The notes beneath the pieces were generated by a model. The model ran no database searches and was not told the origin of the DNA. It was given only the letters and a program-made list of their open reading frames with translations. The position numbers and the translations under genes are program-made. Shown here in pieces: positions 47,201 through 58,799 of a DNA stretch of 64,000 nt. Every line of letters starts with the position of its first letter. Within the stretch, counting starts at the first letter, position 1. The stretch comes from Felis catus (lineage: Eukaryota): NCBI RefSeq assembly GCF_018350175.1, contig NC_058383.1, positions 11,100,001-11,164,000 of the forward strand, in the 5' to 3' direction.

Positions 47201-50200
47201 GACCCTCAAGATGTGGGAAATTTGTATCCTGAGGTGGGCTAGCCGGCTAGACATTCGCCACAAGCAAGAATTAGAAAGAGGAGAAAAGAAACATTATTTT
47301 AAGTATCTGTCCGTATGTTCTTGCCAAGCAAGGAGGGGGAAAAAAAAATCCATGTGGACGTAATGTGTCTTGGTGGTACAGTCTGAATTTCTAATGAGGG
47401 CGGGCTGCACTTGATTTGACTTACTGACCGTTGTTTTTGCTGTAATGTAGGAGAAGGACATGTTTTTGTCTGGGGCTACGGAATTCTTGGGAAAGGACCA
47501 AACCTCGTGGAAACTGCACTTCCAGAAATGATTCCACCCACCCTCTTTGGCCTGACGGAGTTCAACCCAGAAGTCCAAGTCTCCCTCATCCGATGCGGCC
47601 TCAGCCACTTTGCCGCCCTTACCAGTAAGTGACCGGGCCCGTGTGGCCCCAAAGACGGGCAGAGCTTAGCTGTCTCCCCAGGCAGTGGGGTGATGTTTCC
47701 GCGTGGATAGTTAAAGAGAGCGGCTAATCCAGAGTTGCTTGGCTTGGGGACGTATGATGTGTACCTTCTCTTCATCCCAAAGTTGTGTTTTTGGTTCATT
47801 TGGTTTGTGGTCGGGTTAACGTTAAAGTGAGTTCTCTCAAGAGGACCCCAGGCGGTGGTGGGAGAGGGACCGTCGAGCGTGCTGGGGATGCCGGCGGAAA
47901 CCGGCGGAGGTTTGGCGAGCCCACGGCGGGTAATTAGGAACCGGTCGTGTGGGGTGGCAAGAGGCAGATCTGTCGGTCCTCCTGTGGTTTTGTGGAGGTA
48001 AGTGCCCCAGAGGGCTGGCAGAGCGTGACCGAGGGGAGGCGAGACGGGGTTTGCGCACAGGCTTGCCGGACTACGAGGCCGTGAAGCATCCGCTTCCTCT
48101 GTGGCCCTCTGGCTTGCGTGCTTCTCTTGAACCACAGCGACTGCTGGTTCAGTTTGCCCACGTTAGTCAAGTAGGAAGACTGAACTGAGAGTTTCGTGTT
48201 GTGATTCCCAAGCAGACTCGCGGTTTCTTTGCACTTAGAAGCCCTTTTTCTCGTTTCGCGGTTAGGAGTTGGCTGGTTTGTGTTCTTTTTTTCTTTAAGC
48301 ATCTGGGCTGGGACGGTGAGTTTGGGTCGTCTTGAGTCACGTGAGTTTTTTGAAGCTCATTTTGCTTTTAGCAAGTAAGCATCGGTGTGGACGGATCCTG
48401 GAGGCAGTGCAGATGTGTCTTGCAGGATGTTTTCAGGCCTCTGCGTCTGTGTGCAGAGTCGCCTGCCCGGAAATCCATACGGAGTGTGAGCCTGGGGGCG
48501 ACTGTTTTCTGTTTGTGGTCGTGCCGTGTGGCCATTGTGGGTCACCTTGAAGTGAATTCCCCGTCTAGATTTCCCCCAAGACCTGGCCACTCTCCACGTG
48601 GGGGTCACCGTCCCTAGCAGGGGGGGGCATCGGAGTTTGGGTTTCTGCCCTGCCCCCGGGCCCAGCTGGGAGTCGGCGTTGGGTTTACCCTGAGGTCTGC
48701 TAACACATTGGGGGCCCAGACTGACTGGGTCTGTTGAACACATCGCATCTGAGGGCGGAGGACCAAGGAGGATGGTCGGATCAGGGGGATCTGCCAGCTC
48801 GGAACAAAAGGATTCTTTATTTAATCAGACCAGATTATTGTCGTCCCGGCTTCTCCGCGGCCTTTCTTCTAGTCCCCGTGACCAAAGCCTTTTCTCTGTG
48901 TCACAGAGCACCCCAAACTGGTGTGTACGGAAGTCTAAAGCGAGCGCTGGGCTCTGGGCGGTGCCCTGCTAGGGCTGGGGCTCCGTCGGGCAGGTTGGCA
49001 TTCCCAGAGCTCCCGTCTGGGTTCTGCCTCCCGGCCGTCCTCCACGGCACCCTGTCTGTCCTCCTTCATGGCACGTTTTACAGTTTGTAAACCTGCATTT
49101 TTACAGTGAGTTCTGCTCATTTGTTTGTGTCTAGCTCCAGCCCCATGAGGACAGGGACTGTGTGTGTGTTCGGTCACTGCTGTGTCCCAGCTCCCAGCAC
49201 ACAGACGAAGACCTGGCCCAGAGAGGCTCTGGTCACTTTGTAGCTCTCGACCAGATGCTCCTGAGAGAGAGAGAAACCCAGGCAAGGAATACATCGCCCT
49301 ACTCCTCACTCCGCCAGGGCATGACCAGGGATTGAGGGTGCTCAGCTTTCGAGATTTGAGGCGGGGTGTGCGTAAGAGTGGGCTTGTGGCCAGAGCCCCG
49401 CACGTGTGCCAGCCTCCCACGTGACGGACACAGCGCGGGTCTGGGCTTGGCCGTGTTCTGGTGGCGGTAAACTGTTCCCTTCAGAGGAAAGCGTGAACGC
49501 CTGGGAGAAATTGAGATTTCACGTCGGGCCCTGTGGGTGCCTAGAAAGCCTGTTCTCATGACCCTTCCCCCTGTTGGAGACTTGCCCTTGGCCTGGCCCC
49601 AACCGAGCTACCGTTTTCCTTTCTTTGCAGACAGAGGAGAGCTGTTTGTGTGGGGCAAGAACATCCGAGGGTGCCTGGGCATCGGTCGCCTGGAAGACCA
49701 GTATTTCCCGTGGAGGGTAAGGCTGCATGGGTGGGCTCAGGCCACACCCACAGGGAGGCCCCCCCGCCCCGGGGGGTGGTGCGGGGACCCGCTCCCCACT
49801 GCCCCGTGGCTTCAGGGGAGGCTGCGCCGTGGTGAGGAGCCCGAGCGGGCGCCCGGCTCCAGCTTCTCGCTGCCCTCGGCTCCGTCCTGGGGCCCGTCGA
49901 GTGAGCGGCCCGCCCGGCCGAGGCTTCCAGTCCCGCGGTGCCCTGGGAGAAGCCTCGTGGGAGGCTGGCCGTGGGCACGTGGAGCGGGGAGACGACGCGC
50001 CAGTGCCTGGGAGAGAAGTGGGCACAGGCCGCCCCCCCCCCCCCCCCCCCCCGCGAGGGGGAGATTCGAGACGAAGAAGGTGCTGTGCCAGGGGCCGTCC
50101 CCAGAGGCCTGTGCAGAGGAAAGTTTGACAGCGAATTCGGAGGAAAGCGGGCTGTTTCATAGAGTGCCTTAACCACAGCCAGCAGAGTGAAAAAAATAAG

Positions 50201-53200
50201 TTTTTCTTAGGGGGAGGATGCAATTACACAAAAAAGGCTCGTTTCAAAATTAAAGGGGAGAAAGGTTCTCTCTTAAATTGTAGTTTATCTCAGTGTTGTT
50301 TACTAAGTTCTCCTGAAAACTGAAAAAGCTGTTGGCATTTTTGAGAACAGCACAAACGTACGTGCTGCAAGAGGTATTATAAATATGAGACCCCCCCCCC
50401 CCCCCCCCCCCATCTCTTATAACGCAGGCAGCCGCTGGCACTGGTTTCTTATGTTCCCTTCCGGAAACAGTCAGCAGGCTCTGCATAGAAAGCGTGTGTG
50501 TATGCACGTGTGTGTGTGTGTGTGTGTGTGTGCGCGTGCTCGGCTTAAAGTATTTTCTGTGAACGTTGGATTTTAATCATGTGTTGTGAGGGGCGCCCGG
50601 GTGGCTCAGCTGAGCATCCGACTCTTGATTTCAGCTCAGGTCATGATCCCAGGGTCATGGGATCGAGCCCCATGTCGGGCTCCAAGTGGGTGTGGAACCT
50701 GCTTAAGATTCTCTCTCTCTGCCCCTCTTCTGCTCATGCTTTCTCTCTCTCAAAAATAAGCATTTTTTAAAAATTAAAAAAAAAATACATTTTGAAATTG
50801 TGTAAAGCATTTTTTGAAACGACATGTAAACATGCAAAAGGAATTTATAACTTAAATCAAATAATGAGGATTTGCCCATCCAAATCCCCCTGCAAAAATG
50901 TTTGGAGGCACTTGAGCATTTTAGGGGCTCTGTCCCTTGGCTGCCCGCCGTCCTGGCCCCCTGTGACCTCGGCAGGCCCTGACCCCTTTATAAAAACCAT
51001 GTATGCAGTCTCTAAGAACACGGGGCAGGATTGAGGCTTGATGTTGGTTGGGAACAAATGGTTGTGCACCAGAGCTGTCTGTAGGCTGCCCACTGCTCAC
51101 GCGCCTGTTCCCCTGAGCCTGGGATTCCCGTGACGTGGGAGGAGTGGACAGCCGGTTGTGGCCAGCGGGTGGCAGGCCAGGTGATGCCAGCATCGATAAG
51201 GTAGAGGCCCCGCTTGCCTTCACTCCGAGGGGAAGCTGGGGACGCGGTAGAGCAGCTGGGTGTTGGATGAATGACCGGCGTGACTCCCCATCTGCCCTCC
51301 CGTCCTCCGAATCGGAGTGACGGTCAGCCACGAGATAAGACTGCAAATCTGATCGCTGTACCAGCGAAAGATGGCTGGGCTCTGGCATCCGTGGGGGAGC
51401 TGGAATCGGTAGGCTTCCGGGGCCTGGGGCCACCTGCTGTTCAGACCGGAGCCGCCTCCGTGGACTCCCTACTCAGCAAGTGGGGCACCCGTGTGGTTGG
51501 GGAGGGGACGCCCCGGGCTGTCCCCCGATGGCTGCCAGACCGTCGTCCTCCCTGGCACGTGTTCCGAGCCCTGCGTGTTTGCAGGTTCGGGGGGGCCGGC
51601 GAAGGAGAGCACTGTGGAGGGTGGTGCTGGGGGCCTGGCCCCTCCCGTGCTCTGTGTCGGGCTGGGCTCTGGGGAGGGCCGTGGCAGGAACCAGGTTTGG
51701 GGTCAGCGGGGCTGGATTCCTTCAAGATCAGATCAGCCTCTTATTGGCAGTCGGACCTCACTCTAGTCTGTTCAGTTGCACTCGCTTTTTTTTTTTTTTA
51801 ATGTTTATTTATTTTTGAGAGAGAGTGTGTGTGTGTGTGAGGAAAGGGCAGAGAGGAGAGACAGAGAATCCTAAGCAGGCTCTGTACAGTCAGCCAGGCA
51901 CCCCAGCATTCACTGTCTTTTAAATTACAGGCGACTTTTATTTTAAAAACTGTGTTTTCTTACTAATCTTCGGGGGTGCGGGGGGGGACTGTTCTATCAT
52001 TTTAAAAGTATTCCAAGAAGGTGGGGGCGTCTGGGTGGCTCCGTCGGTTAAGCGTCCGACTCTTGATTTCAGCTCAGGTCATGATCTCATGGTTCGTGAG
52101 ATCGAGCCCTGCATTGGGCTGGGCTCTGTGTCGACAGCACGGAGCCTGCTTGTGATTCTCTGTCTCCCCTCTCTCTGCCCCTCCCCTGCTCGTGCTCTCT
52201 CTTTCAAAATAAATAAACATATTAAAAAAAAATAAAAGCATTCCAAGAAGGGAGGAAAACCAGTAAAGCCTTATTTGTAGCTCCTACAATGGCACTGAGT
52301 CTGTTGCTGTTAGGCTCCCAGAGCCCGGCCTTCCCCGACAGTGCGAAGGCCCAGGGAGTGACCGCAGAGCCACCCGATTCAAAACCCTCTCCTTCCGGAA
52401 GCTTTCCAGGAGGTTTTCCTGCCGCCCACTGACACTCAGAGCTCAGGGAGGGTCAGTGACGTCTTCAGGGCCGCTCATCCAGGAAGCAGCAGGGCCCAGA
52501 TTCAGACTCCGATGTGTCTGACTTGGAGACGTGGTCTCTTCTCCGTGCCGCCCTCTGGGAGGGCCTGGGGCTGGAGCTGGAGGTCTCCCGCGGTGGGGAG
52601 AGGCGGGGAATCACCGTCCAGGTCTTTACGGGACCCTCCGACCCTGTATGGCGGCACCGTGGGCGTGGGAACAGGCCCCTGGGGCGCGCGCCCCACCCAC
52701 CCGGCAGTGTGGCCTTCCGGGCCAGCGTCGCTGCCTGCCTGAGGGGACAGCTCTCCGGCGTGCTGGGCACCTTGCTGTTCTCCCTCGGCCTCAGGACCCC
52801 CTGAAGCCCCCCCCACCCCCCACCAGCCTGCAGCCGGGCTCACTGACTTCAGGGGTCGAGGGGGCTGCCCCGTCTCATGGCCACTCAGAAGCAGGGGCTG
52901 CAACCCGAACTTGGGGCTCTGTGTGCAGGCAGCGCCGCCCCTCGCCCTGTGCCCCGCGGGTCAGGACCGGGTTGGGTTGGGGCGCACAGGCTGGCAGATG
53001 GGCCCTGGGCCCCAGGACGGTGTCTGGGGGAGCTGACCTCTTGGTGCCACAAACGACCTGGCAGACGCAGCCAAGTCGGGGAGCAGCCGGGAGCCCAGCT
53101 CCGTGTTCCCTCTGAGTCCCCTGCCTCTGTCCTGTGGATGTTTGTCTTACCACCTTGTCGTGAAGAGGAATGTTCCTGAAGGATTCTGCTCAAACCTTTA

Positions 53201-54830
53201 AGAGCCCTTCAGGTCAGATGTAGGTTCAGTTTTTGGAACTGTTTCCCTTTGCAGTAATTCTGTCGTGAGCGTAAAGTGATTTAGACTAGGAACTCCAACC
53301 TCGTTGAAGACACAGAACACACGGCCGGGGGCGATCTCCTCTCGGACGCTGTTCAGAGACCATGAGAGACTGAGCCCCCACGTGCCAGGGGGAGCGGGAA
53401 CCACAGGAACCCCGCTGCTCCCCAGAAGGGGCTCAGAGGCCAGCCCTAGCCCCGACCAGCCTCCGAGCCGGTAGACCAGGGCCAGGTGGTTTACTCTGCT
53501 CGGGGGCCCTAATGGCCAGAGCGCTCGGGGAGCAAGAACACAGGTGCTTGCGTGCCGCAGCCTGGGGACACATTAGTGCCGAGGGCGGCACCCGCCCCGG
53601 GAAAGGTCAACAAAATGCGCTCTAATGGCCCAGGGAGGTTGCCAGGAGTTCGCCTGGGCCCAGTCACCCCAGAGGCAACCTGTTTTCTTCTGCCTCTGTG
53701 GCCAGCCTGGCCCGCTTTCTGCACCCGTGCCTTTGCGATGAGCCGGGGGCGCTGCTCGGTGTGCTCAGTGATTTCTGTGATGGGTGTCGCCGAAGACGTT
53801 TGTTTGGGGAGGGAGGGGCAGGTAGCAGGACTCAGTCACTCGCATCCATTTGCCTGCCGGCCAGGAGCCCCTAATGGGCTTGCCACCCCACACGGAAGGC
53901 AGCAGGCTCCGCTGCCTCTGGGCTTTTAGGCCAGGCCATCTGGGGGAGCCCTTTCCCCCCCTTATGCTCAGTAAACTCCACAGGCTGCTACGGACCCCTT
54001 TTCCAGCTGTCACGCTGCCTGGCGGAGCGCTTGCCACCGAGGGAGGGCGGCAGCCTTTGGATCGGGTCGGAGGCAGCAGCATCCTGTCTGGAAGGCCATG
54101 GAAGCAGTTAAAAATCCAGTTCTGAGGGAAGGGGGGAATAAAGGGGCAGATGCTGACAGGGTGGGACTGAGACATATTTAGGGGGCGCCTGGGGGGCTCA
54201 GTCGGTGAAGCATCCGACTCTTGATTTCGGCTCAGGTCGTGATCTCGCGGTTTGTGAGTTCGAGTCCCACGTCAGGCTCTTTGCTGACAGTGTGGAGCCT
54301 GCTTGGGATCCTCTCTCTCCCTCTCTCTCTGCCCCTCCCCCACGTGCACATGCTCTCTCTCTCTGTCTCTCTCTCCCTCCCTCTCAAAATAAATGAACAT
54401 TTGATAAACTCCCAAAAGGTATTTAATACCAGGGTGCCTGGCTGGCTCAGTAGGAAGAGCGTGCGGCTCTTGAGTTTAGGGTTGTGAGTTCAAGCCCCAC
54501 ACTGGGCGTAGCGATTACTTAAAAATAAAATCGGGGGAAAAAAAGGTATCTAATGCCTTTTCGTTCTTTTTCACCGAATGTCATTCTATGGGGGAGCCAT
54601 GAGAGTGGCTCACCTCTTGAAAATAATGATAATAATATTGTCACAGGAGGAAGAAAAGCGCCCCTCCTCTGGAGAACGGGCTTGGCTATGGGGACGTGCC
54701 AATCCTTGAGTTGTGGGCCCACCCGGAGCTGGTTGGGGTGGTCACTTCCAAGGCCTGTAGGACAATGAGAGTCACTTTATTTTATTTTTAAAATTCTAAG
54801 TTTATTTATCCACAGTACAAGCACGGGAGG

Positions 54831-54870
<40 letters not shown>

Positions 54871-55765
54871 CCCAAGCAGGCTCCAGGCTCCTGGCTGTCA
54901 GCACAGAGCCCGACGCGGGGCTCGAGCTCACGAACTCCAAGATCACAACCTGAGCCGAAATCGTGAGTCGGGCGCTTACCCGACTGAGCCGCCCAGGCGC
55001 CCCCAGTGAGAGGTCTTTTGAAGGCGAACAGGCCAGAGCCTCCACAGCAGCCTGATGTCACCTCGCCGGTTGGACTGCATGCGGTGAAGTGTCAGCGCAA
55101 GTGGGCAGTGCCGATGGGACTGCCGGCGAGGCCTCTGGCACCGTCTGAGACACGGGGGACGCCCCTCGAGGGTGCCTGTCATCTGGGAAACGGCCGACCT
55201 GGGACTGAGCCTGGCGGCTAACTCGGGTGAAGACGCCGGCCCGGGAGCCTCCTTCCCAAAGCGGACCCTGGCTGCAGGAGAAGGGGTTTCTTGAGCTGCC
55301 CCAGTGACCCGTGGTGGTGACCCCTAGGGATGGCCAGCAAGCACCTGGCGTGAGAGCAGGTGTTGACCTCTGGCAGGGTCATACTTGGGGGAGTAGGCAT
55401 GTTCTAGCAGCCTCTCCGACGGGTGGGCATGAAGAGTCACATCTGCCACCGGCCGGGTGGGACGTCAGGATGGCTCTTTCCACGGTGATCGCGTTTATTG
55501 GTCTTAACACGCCTGCCGGCTAGGTAGAAGCACTCCCATTTGCAGGGTGGGGAGCTGAGGCTCCGGGAGGGTAAGTCACCTACCAAGAGGCAGAGCCAGG
55601 GGTCAGGCCCAGTTTGGGCCTCCTCCAAGCCCGTCTGCCTCCCAGCCGGCCCCGGCCCCTCACGGTGTGCTGGGTCCTGTTTTGCAGGTGACGATGCCCG
55701 GGGAGCCCGTGGATGTGGCGTGTGGTGTGGATCACATGGTGACTCTGGCCAAGTCGTTCATCTGA
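22329..55765 (+). CDS. RCC1L: RCC1-like mitochondrial protein (WBSCR16), complete spliced CDS, 11 exons, 463 aa
   Basis: Exons of 321+130+129+67+52+85+182+88+174+86+78 nt sum to 1392 nt in one open frame. All junctions are GT-AG. The translation has an Arg-rich N-terminus and RCC1 repeats ([36 protein letters not shown]) matching human RCC1L as I recall it. Confidence 0.98.
22890..26220 (-). mobile_element. old L1 fragments (antisense) in RCC1L intron 1
   Basis: T-rich L1 antisense signatures (GGTCTACCCTAGAGAATGTTCCACGTG); minus ORF 24358..24591 ([16 protein letters not shown]...NIYVIRVP) resembles L1 ORF1. Confidence 0.7.
27020..27455. mobile_element. MIR elements, two orientations
   Basis: CCTCAGTTTTCCCATCTG core and opposite-strand TTTTACAGAGAGG...GGTCACAGAGCTGGTAAG...GATTCAAAC. 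Confidence 0.7.
27687..27816 (+). CDS. RCC1L: RCC1L exon 2 ([43 protein letters not shown])
   Basis: Acceptor tttttcag|ATT; donor A|GTGAGT; 130 nt. Confidence 0.97.
28050..28190. mobile_element. MER2-like Tigger fragment
   Basis: GGTTTCAGGCATCCACTGGGGGTCTTGGAA...GGGGGG..CTG|TA end. Confidence 0.75.
28577..28801 (+). mobile_element. young felid-type Can-SINE (SINEC_Fc-like) in RCC1L intron 2
   Basis: CpGs intact; perfect 17-bp TSD AAAAAACAGCAAGTGCA (28560-28576 / 28802-28818). Confidence 0.9.
30830..30958 (+). CDS. RCC1L: RCC1L exon 3 ([43 protein letters not shown])
   Basis: Acceptor gtttcag|CC; donor G|GTGAAC; 129 nt; phase fits exons 2 and 4. Confidence 0.97.
31808..31874 (+). CDS. RCC1L: RCC1L exon 4 ([23 protein letters not shown])
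   Basis: Acceptor ttcttcag|TC; donor AG|GTGAGT; 67 nt. Confidence 0.95.
32628..32740. repeat. AT-rich (TA)n-like low-complexity tract
   Basis: Nearly pure A/T alternating sequence. Confidence 0.9.
33336..33387 (+). CDS. RCC1L: RCC1L exon 5 ([17 protein letters not shown])
   Basis: Acceptor ctgcag|C; donor CAG|GTAAGG; 52 nt. Confidence 0.96.
34243..34327 (+). CDS. RCC1L: RCC1L exon 6 ([28 protein letters not shown])
   Basis: Acceptor ccggtag|GTC; donor G|GTGGGT; 85 nt; RCC1 repeat motif. Confidence 0.96.
35250..40800. mobile_element. L1 fragment cluster in RCC1L intron 6 (- 35250-35620; + 35620-36959 and 37401-37810; - 38620-40800)
   Basis: ORF2 C-terminal peptides ([45 protein letters not shown]). 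Confidence 0.85.
38079..38310 (-). mobile_element. young felid-type Can-SINE nested inside an older + strand Can-SINE (38038-38500)
   Basis: Perfect 13-bp TSD GCGTCCGACTCTT (38066-38078 / 38311-38323); long T tract. Confidence 0.9.
42036..42217 (+). CDS. RCC1L: RCC1L exon 7 ([20 protein letters not shown]...[14 protein letters not shown])
   Basis: Acceptor tattag|GT; donor CAG|GTATGC; 182 nt. Confidence 0.97.
43860..44400 (-). mobile_element. MaLR MLT1-type LTR, degenerate
   Basis: CTCACAGTTTCTGTGGGTCAGGAATCCAGGGGTGGCTTAGC and CAACATGGCAGCTGCCTTCATCAGAG blocks. Confidence 0.7.
45140..45305. repeat. C-rich low-complexity tract (G-quadruplex potential on the - strand)
   Basis: Dense CCC/CCCC runs over ~165 bp. 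Confidence 0.8.
45330..46420 (-). mobile_element. L2 LINE fragment
   Basis: CATCTTGACCTCGCAGCAGCATTTGAC and a terminal AAATATTTGTAGATTGAATGAA typical of the L2 end. Confidence 0.7.
46508..46595 (+). CDS. RCC1L: RCC1L exon 8 ([29 protein letters not shown])
   Basis: Acceptor gcttcag|GTG; donor G|GTGAGA; 88 nt. Confidence 0.97.
47451..47624 (+). CDS. RCC1L: RCC1L exon 9 ([19 protein letters not shown]...[12 protein letters not shown])
   Basis: Acceptor atgtag|GA; donor A|GTAAGT; 174 nt. Confidence 0.97.
49631..49716 (+). CDS. RCC1L: RCC1L exon 10 ([29 protein letters not shown])
   Basis: Acceptor tttgcag|AC; donor AGG|GTAAGG; 86 nt. Confidence 0.97.
55688..55765 (+). CDS. RCC1L: RCC1L exon 11 coding part ([25 protein letters not shown])
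   Basis: Acceptor ttttgcag|GTG; TGA at 55763-55765. Confidence 0.97.
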   Translation: MTMPGEPVDVACGVDHMVTLAKSFI

Positions 55766-56565
55766 TGCTGCTTCCTGACCGGCTTGAGCCCGGACCCGGC
55801 CTCAGAGCCACTTGGACTGCTCAGCAGGGGGTCAGAGGGGATCGGGGCCCTTCGTGAAGGGTGACACGCTCTCCCGGTGCCCTTAGCAGGAATGTATTGG
55901 AAGAAGTCCCACGATTCAGTCCCTCCGGCTGCGGGTGAGACCTGCCACGTTCACCAGGCCGCGCGGCCCTGGCAGGGTGAGGGTAATCCACACGTCTCCG
56001 CTCTTTCCGGGGAACACACGACGGCTCCTGGGATCATCTCTGGCCGGAGAGGCGGGTCCGAGGAAAGCTTAGCTCCACGGCATGTTTGATCGTAAAGGGG
56101 GATCTGGGCCCCGGGAGGGCTTCTGTGACCCTCTGACCACGGCCGAGCTCACGGTTGGCGCATGGACCCCAGCGCGAGCCCCCGCCTGACCGAGGGAGTC
56201 GGGCTGTGGCTTCGGCCAGTCACCCGGCTCTGCTGCCCCGTGGCCGGCTCGCGCTGGGACACGAGCTGCAGTCCCTTGAGAGTACCGGTGGGCCCCCGGC
56301 GGCACGCACGGCCCACGGCCGTCAGGAGCCTCCTAACCATTCTCCCCGCCTGGCTGGGGAAAGCCGAGGAGCCCCCGCAGGAGGAAGAGCGAGGCCCGAT
56401 TCTTGGGGCACTGAACACGCCCCGCGGAAGCCTGGCTGGAGGGCCGGCCCCGGGGAAGAGGCTCAGAAAGTGTGGAAAACATTTGAGGAGTAACATAACC
56501 TGTCCTCTTGCTTAAAACTTCTTTCAGAACTCTCTTTTGCAATAAAGCCTATTTTCTGCCTTTTT
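55766..56565 (+). other. RCC1L: RCC1L 3'UTR (~800 nt; end approximate)
   Basis: Unique sequence between the stop codon and AATAAA at 56541. Confidence 0.8.
56541..56546 (+). terminator. RCC1L: RCC1L polyadenylation signal AATAAA
   Basis: Canonical hexamer ~780 nt after the stop, followed by U-rich downstream tracts (56561-56600). Confidence 0.85.
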
Positions 56566-58799
56566 ATTTTTGAGCACCGAAGAAGTCTTTTATTTTTACT
56601 TTACCTGATCAGTTAGAGATTAGCTTTCAAAAGCCGGACTTTGGACAAAGAGACAGCTAGAAGCCAGTGACAAATAACTTTAGGGGACAGTCTTGCCTGA
56701 AGGCAATTTTTCTGAACAGGGTGTCCTCCCACAGTTCAGTTGGGAGAAAATGATGAAATCTAAAATAATTGATAATCGTGCCACAACCCAGGGAGCTCAG
56801 TGGCTGCACCCCCTTCCTTTTGTCCATTCGCTCAACAAATACTTCCTATCAGCCCCTGTATGCCAGGCTCGTGTAGCACACTGGGTCACTTGGGGCCAAG
56901 AGCCCCGCGAGCAGGTGTCATGAAGCTGACTTCTAGGAGGCGGAACACCGTAAACAGGCAAAATGGAACATACGGTAAGACGGTTATGCGGGCTGTGGAG
57001 AAAAAGCAGGGGAAGGGGGCTGGCGATGTGGGGCGCTTTGCGGTCTAAAGTGGAAAGGTTGGAGTGCCTGGCTGGTTCGGAGCGGGAGATTTTCGATCTT
57101 TGGGTTGTAGGTTCTAGCTCCACATTGGGTATAGAGATTACTTAAAAGTAAAATCTTTATGGGGGCGCCTGGGTGGCTCCGTCGGTTAAGCGTCCAGCTT
57201 CGGCTCAGGTCATGATCTTGTGGTTTGTGAGTTCGAGATGCCCACATCAGGCTCTGTGCTGACAGCTCAGAGCCTGGAACCTGCTTCGGATTCTCTGTCT
57301 CCCTCTCTCTCTGCCCCTCCACCACTCACGCTCTGTCTCTGTCTCTCTCAAAAATAAACGTTTAAAAAAAAATAAAATATTTTTTTATTTTGGAAAGAGA
57401 GTGGGGGAGAGGGGCAGAGGGAGAGAGAAAGAATCCCGAGCAGGCTCCAAGCCCAGCATGGAGCCCGACCCTGGATCACGACCTGAGCCAAGATCAAGAG
57501 TTGGACGCTCAGCTGACCCAGGCGTTGCAAAAATAGTCTTAAAAAAAAACAAAAACAAAAACGTGGAACGGTCACTTCTTTAAGCAGGAGTCCTTGCTGT
57601 GTGTGGCCAGAGGCTGCAGGAACCAGCCAGGTTGCATCCGGGGGAGCGGCCCCGGGACCCCTCCCGGGCTCATGCTTACCTCCTCTTCTCTGTGGAGAAC
57701 CAGTTCTTAAGCTTTACAGCAAAGGTTTCCCATAAACTTGAGAGACAAATTGAAAATGCTTTGTCACCTTCCTTCCCCAAACTCATGGTGGGGCCACGTA
57801 CCGTGTCGCCCCAGCGGTGAAGGACAGAAATCTGTCCTCCCTGAACTACAGATCTTAAAGCACCCGCCGGTTTACAGAGGGGGAGTGTCCCAGAAGGCCA
57901 CGGTCATGCCGGGGGTCCCCCCGGTGGTGGTCAGGGGCAGGAGGTGATGGTGCTGGGCAGGGTCCGTCGAGTGGTTTTGAGCCTCCCACCCCAGATTCGG
58001 ATCCGGTGACTACCTCCATCTTGGACACCGTGATCGCGGCACTTGTAAGGGATGCCCTTGGTTGGGCTTGGTCTGCCTGGCTGGTCGGATTGCGTCGGCC
58101 ACACGCCAGGCCCTCTCCACAGCCGTCTTCTGTGCCAGGCTCTCTGCTTCCGTCCCCTCGTTCCAGACCCTCCCAGCACTGGGCAGTTGGGTCCCCGTGG
58201 ATGTCCTGGCTCTGATGCGTCATCTGAAGGCCTGAGAGGGCGCTCGGCCTGCAGACCCCAGAGGGAAAAGCCTTCAGGGCAGCAGAACTTTCTGGAGCTC
58301 AGGGTGGTAAGAGTGCTCCAGCCCCCCTGCGCCAAGCCCTTCCATCTCCAGGGGCAGGGGTGAGGTGGGGTGGGCGTGGGCGTCGGTGGGTGGGGCCAAG
58401 CGCAGACCTAGGCCTTCAGCCCCGCCCTGCTCACACCTGCCTTCCACGGAAAATGCCAGAGAGAGATTCCAGGATCTCTTCTGTGCCCAGGCAGCCCCGA
58501 TGCCCACCTACCAAGGCAGCAAGGAGCCAGACACCTGAGGCTCATGGGAGGGGCGCTGGGCAGGTGCCCTCCCTCTTGCCTCCAGGGTATCTTGTCCGAG
58601 CAACCCTTCCCTTCCCGGGGGTGTGACGTCCACAGCAGGGCTCCAGGCTTGGGGAAGAAGCCCTGTCCTCCATGACCCCCCCCGCCCCCCACCCCCCGGC
58701 CCCACCTCTGCCAGAGGTCTGGGAAGGAATGGAGGCTGTAGTGGCCCGTCTCCAGGATGGCCCCCGAGCCCCCGACCTGCCGGCTCTCACACCCCTGAG

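Larger units (their letters stand above)
50..57530. mobile_element. Can-SINE (tRNA-derived carnivore SINE) family, roughly 70 copies in both orientations, several nested
   Basis: Recurrent GGGGCGCCTGGGTGGCTCAGTCGGTT...(CT)n...AAATAAA units and their reverse complements (e.g. 62-265, 4716-4912, 5543-5760, 10136-10350, 26729-26940, 52024-52235, 57161-57370). The count is a manual estimate. Confidence 0.97.

Noticed and set aside
54137..54142. Intronic AATAAA in RCC1L intron 10
   Set aside because: Flanked by G runs with no U/GU-rich downstream element; no support as a polyA site.
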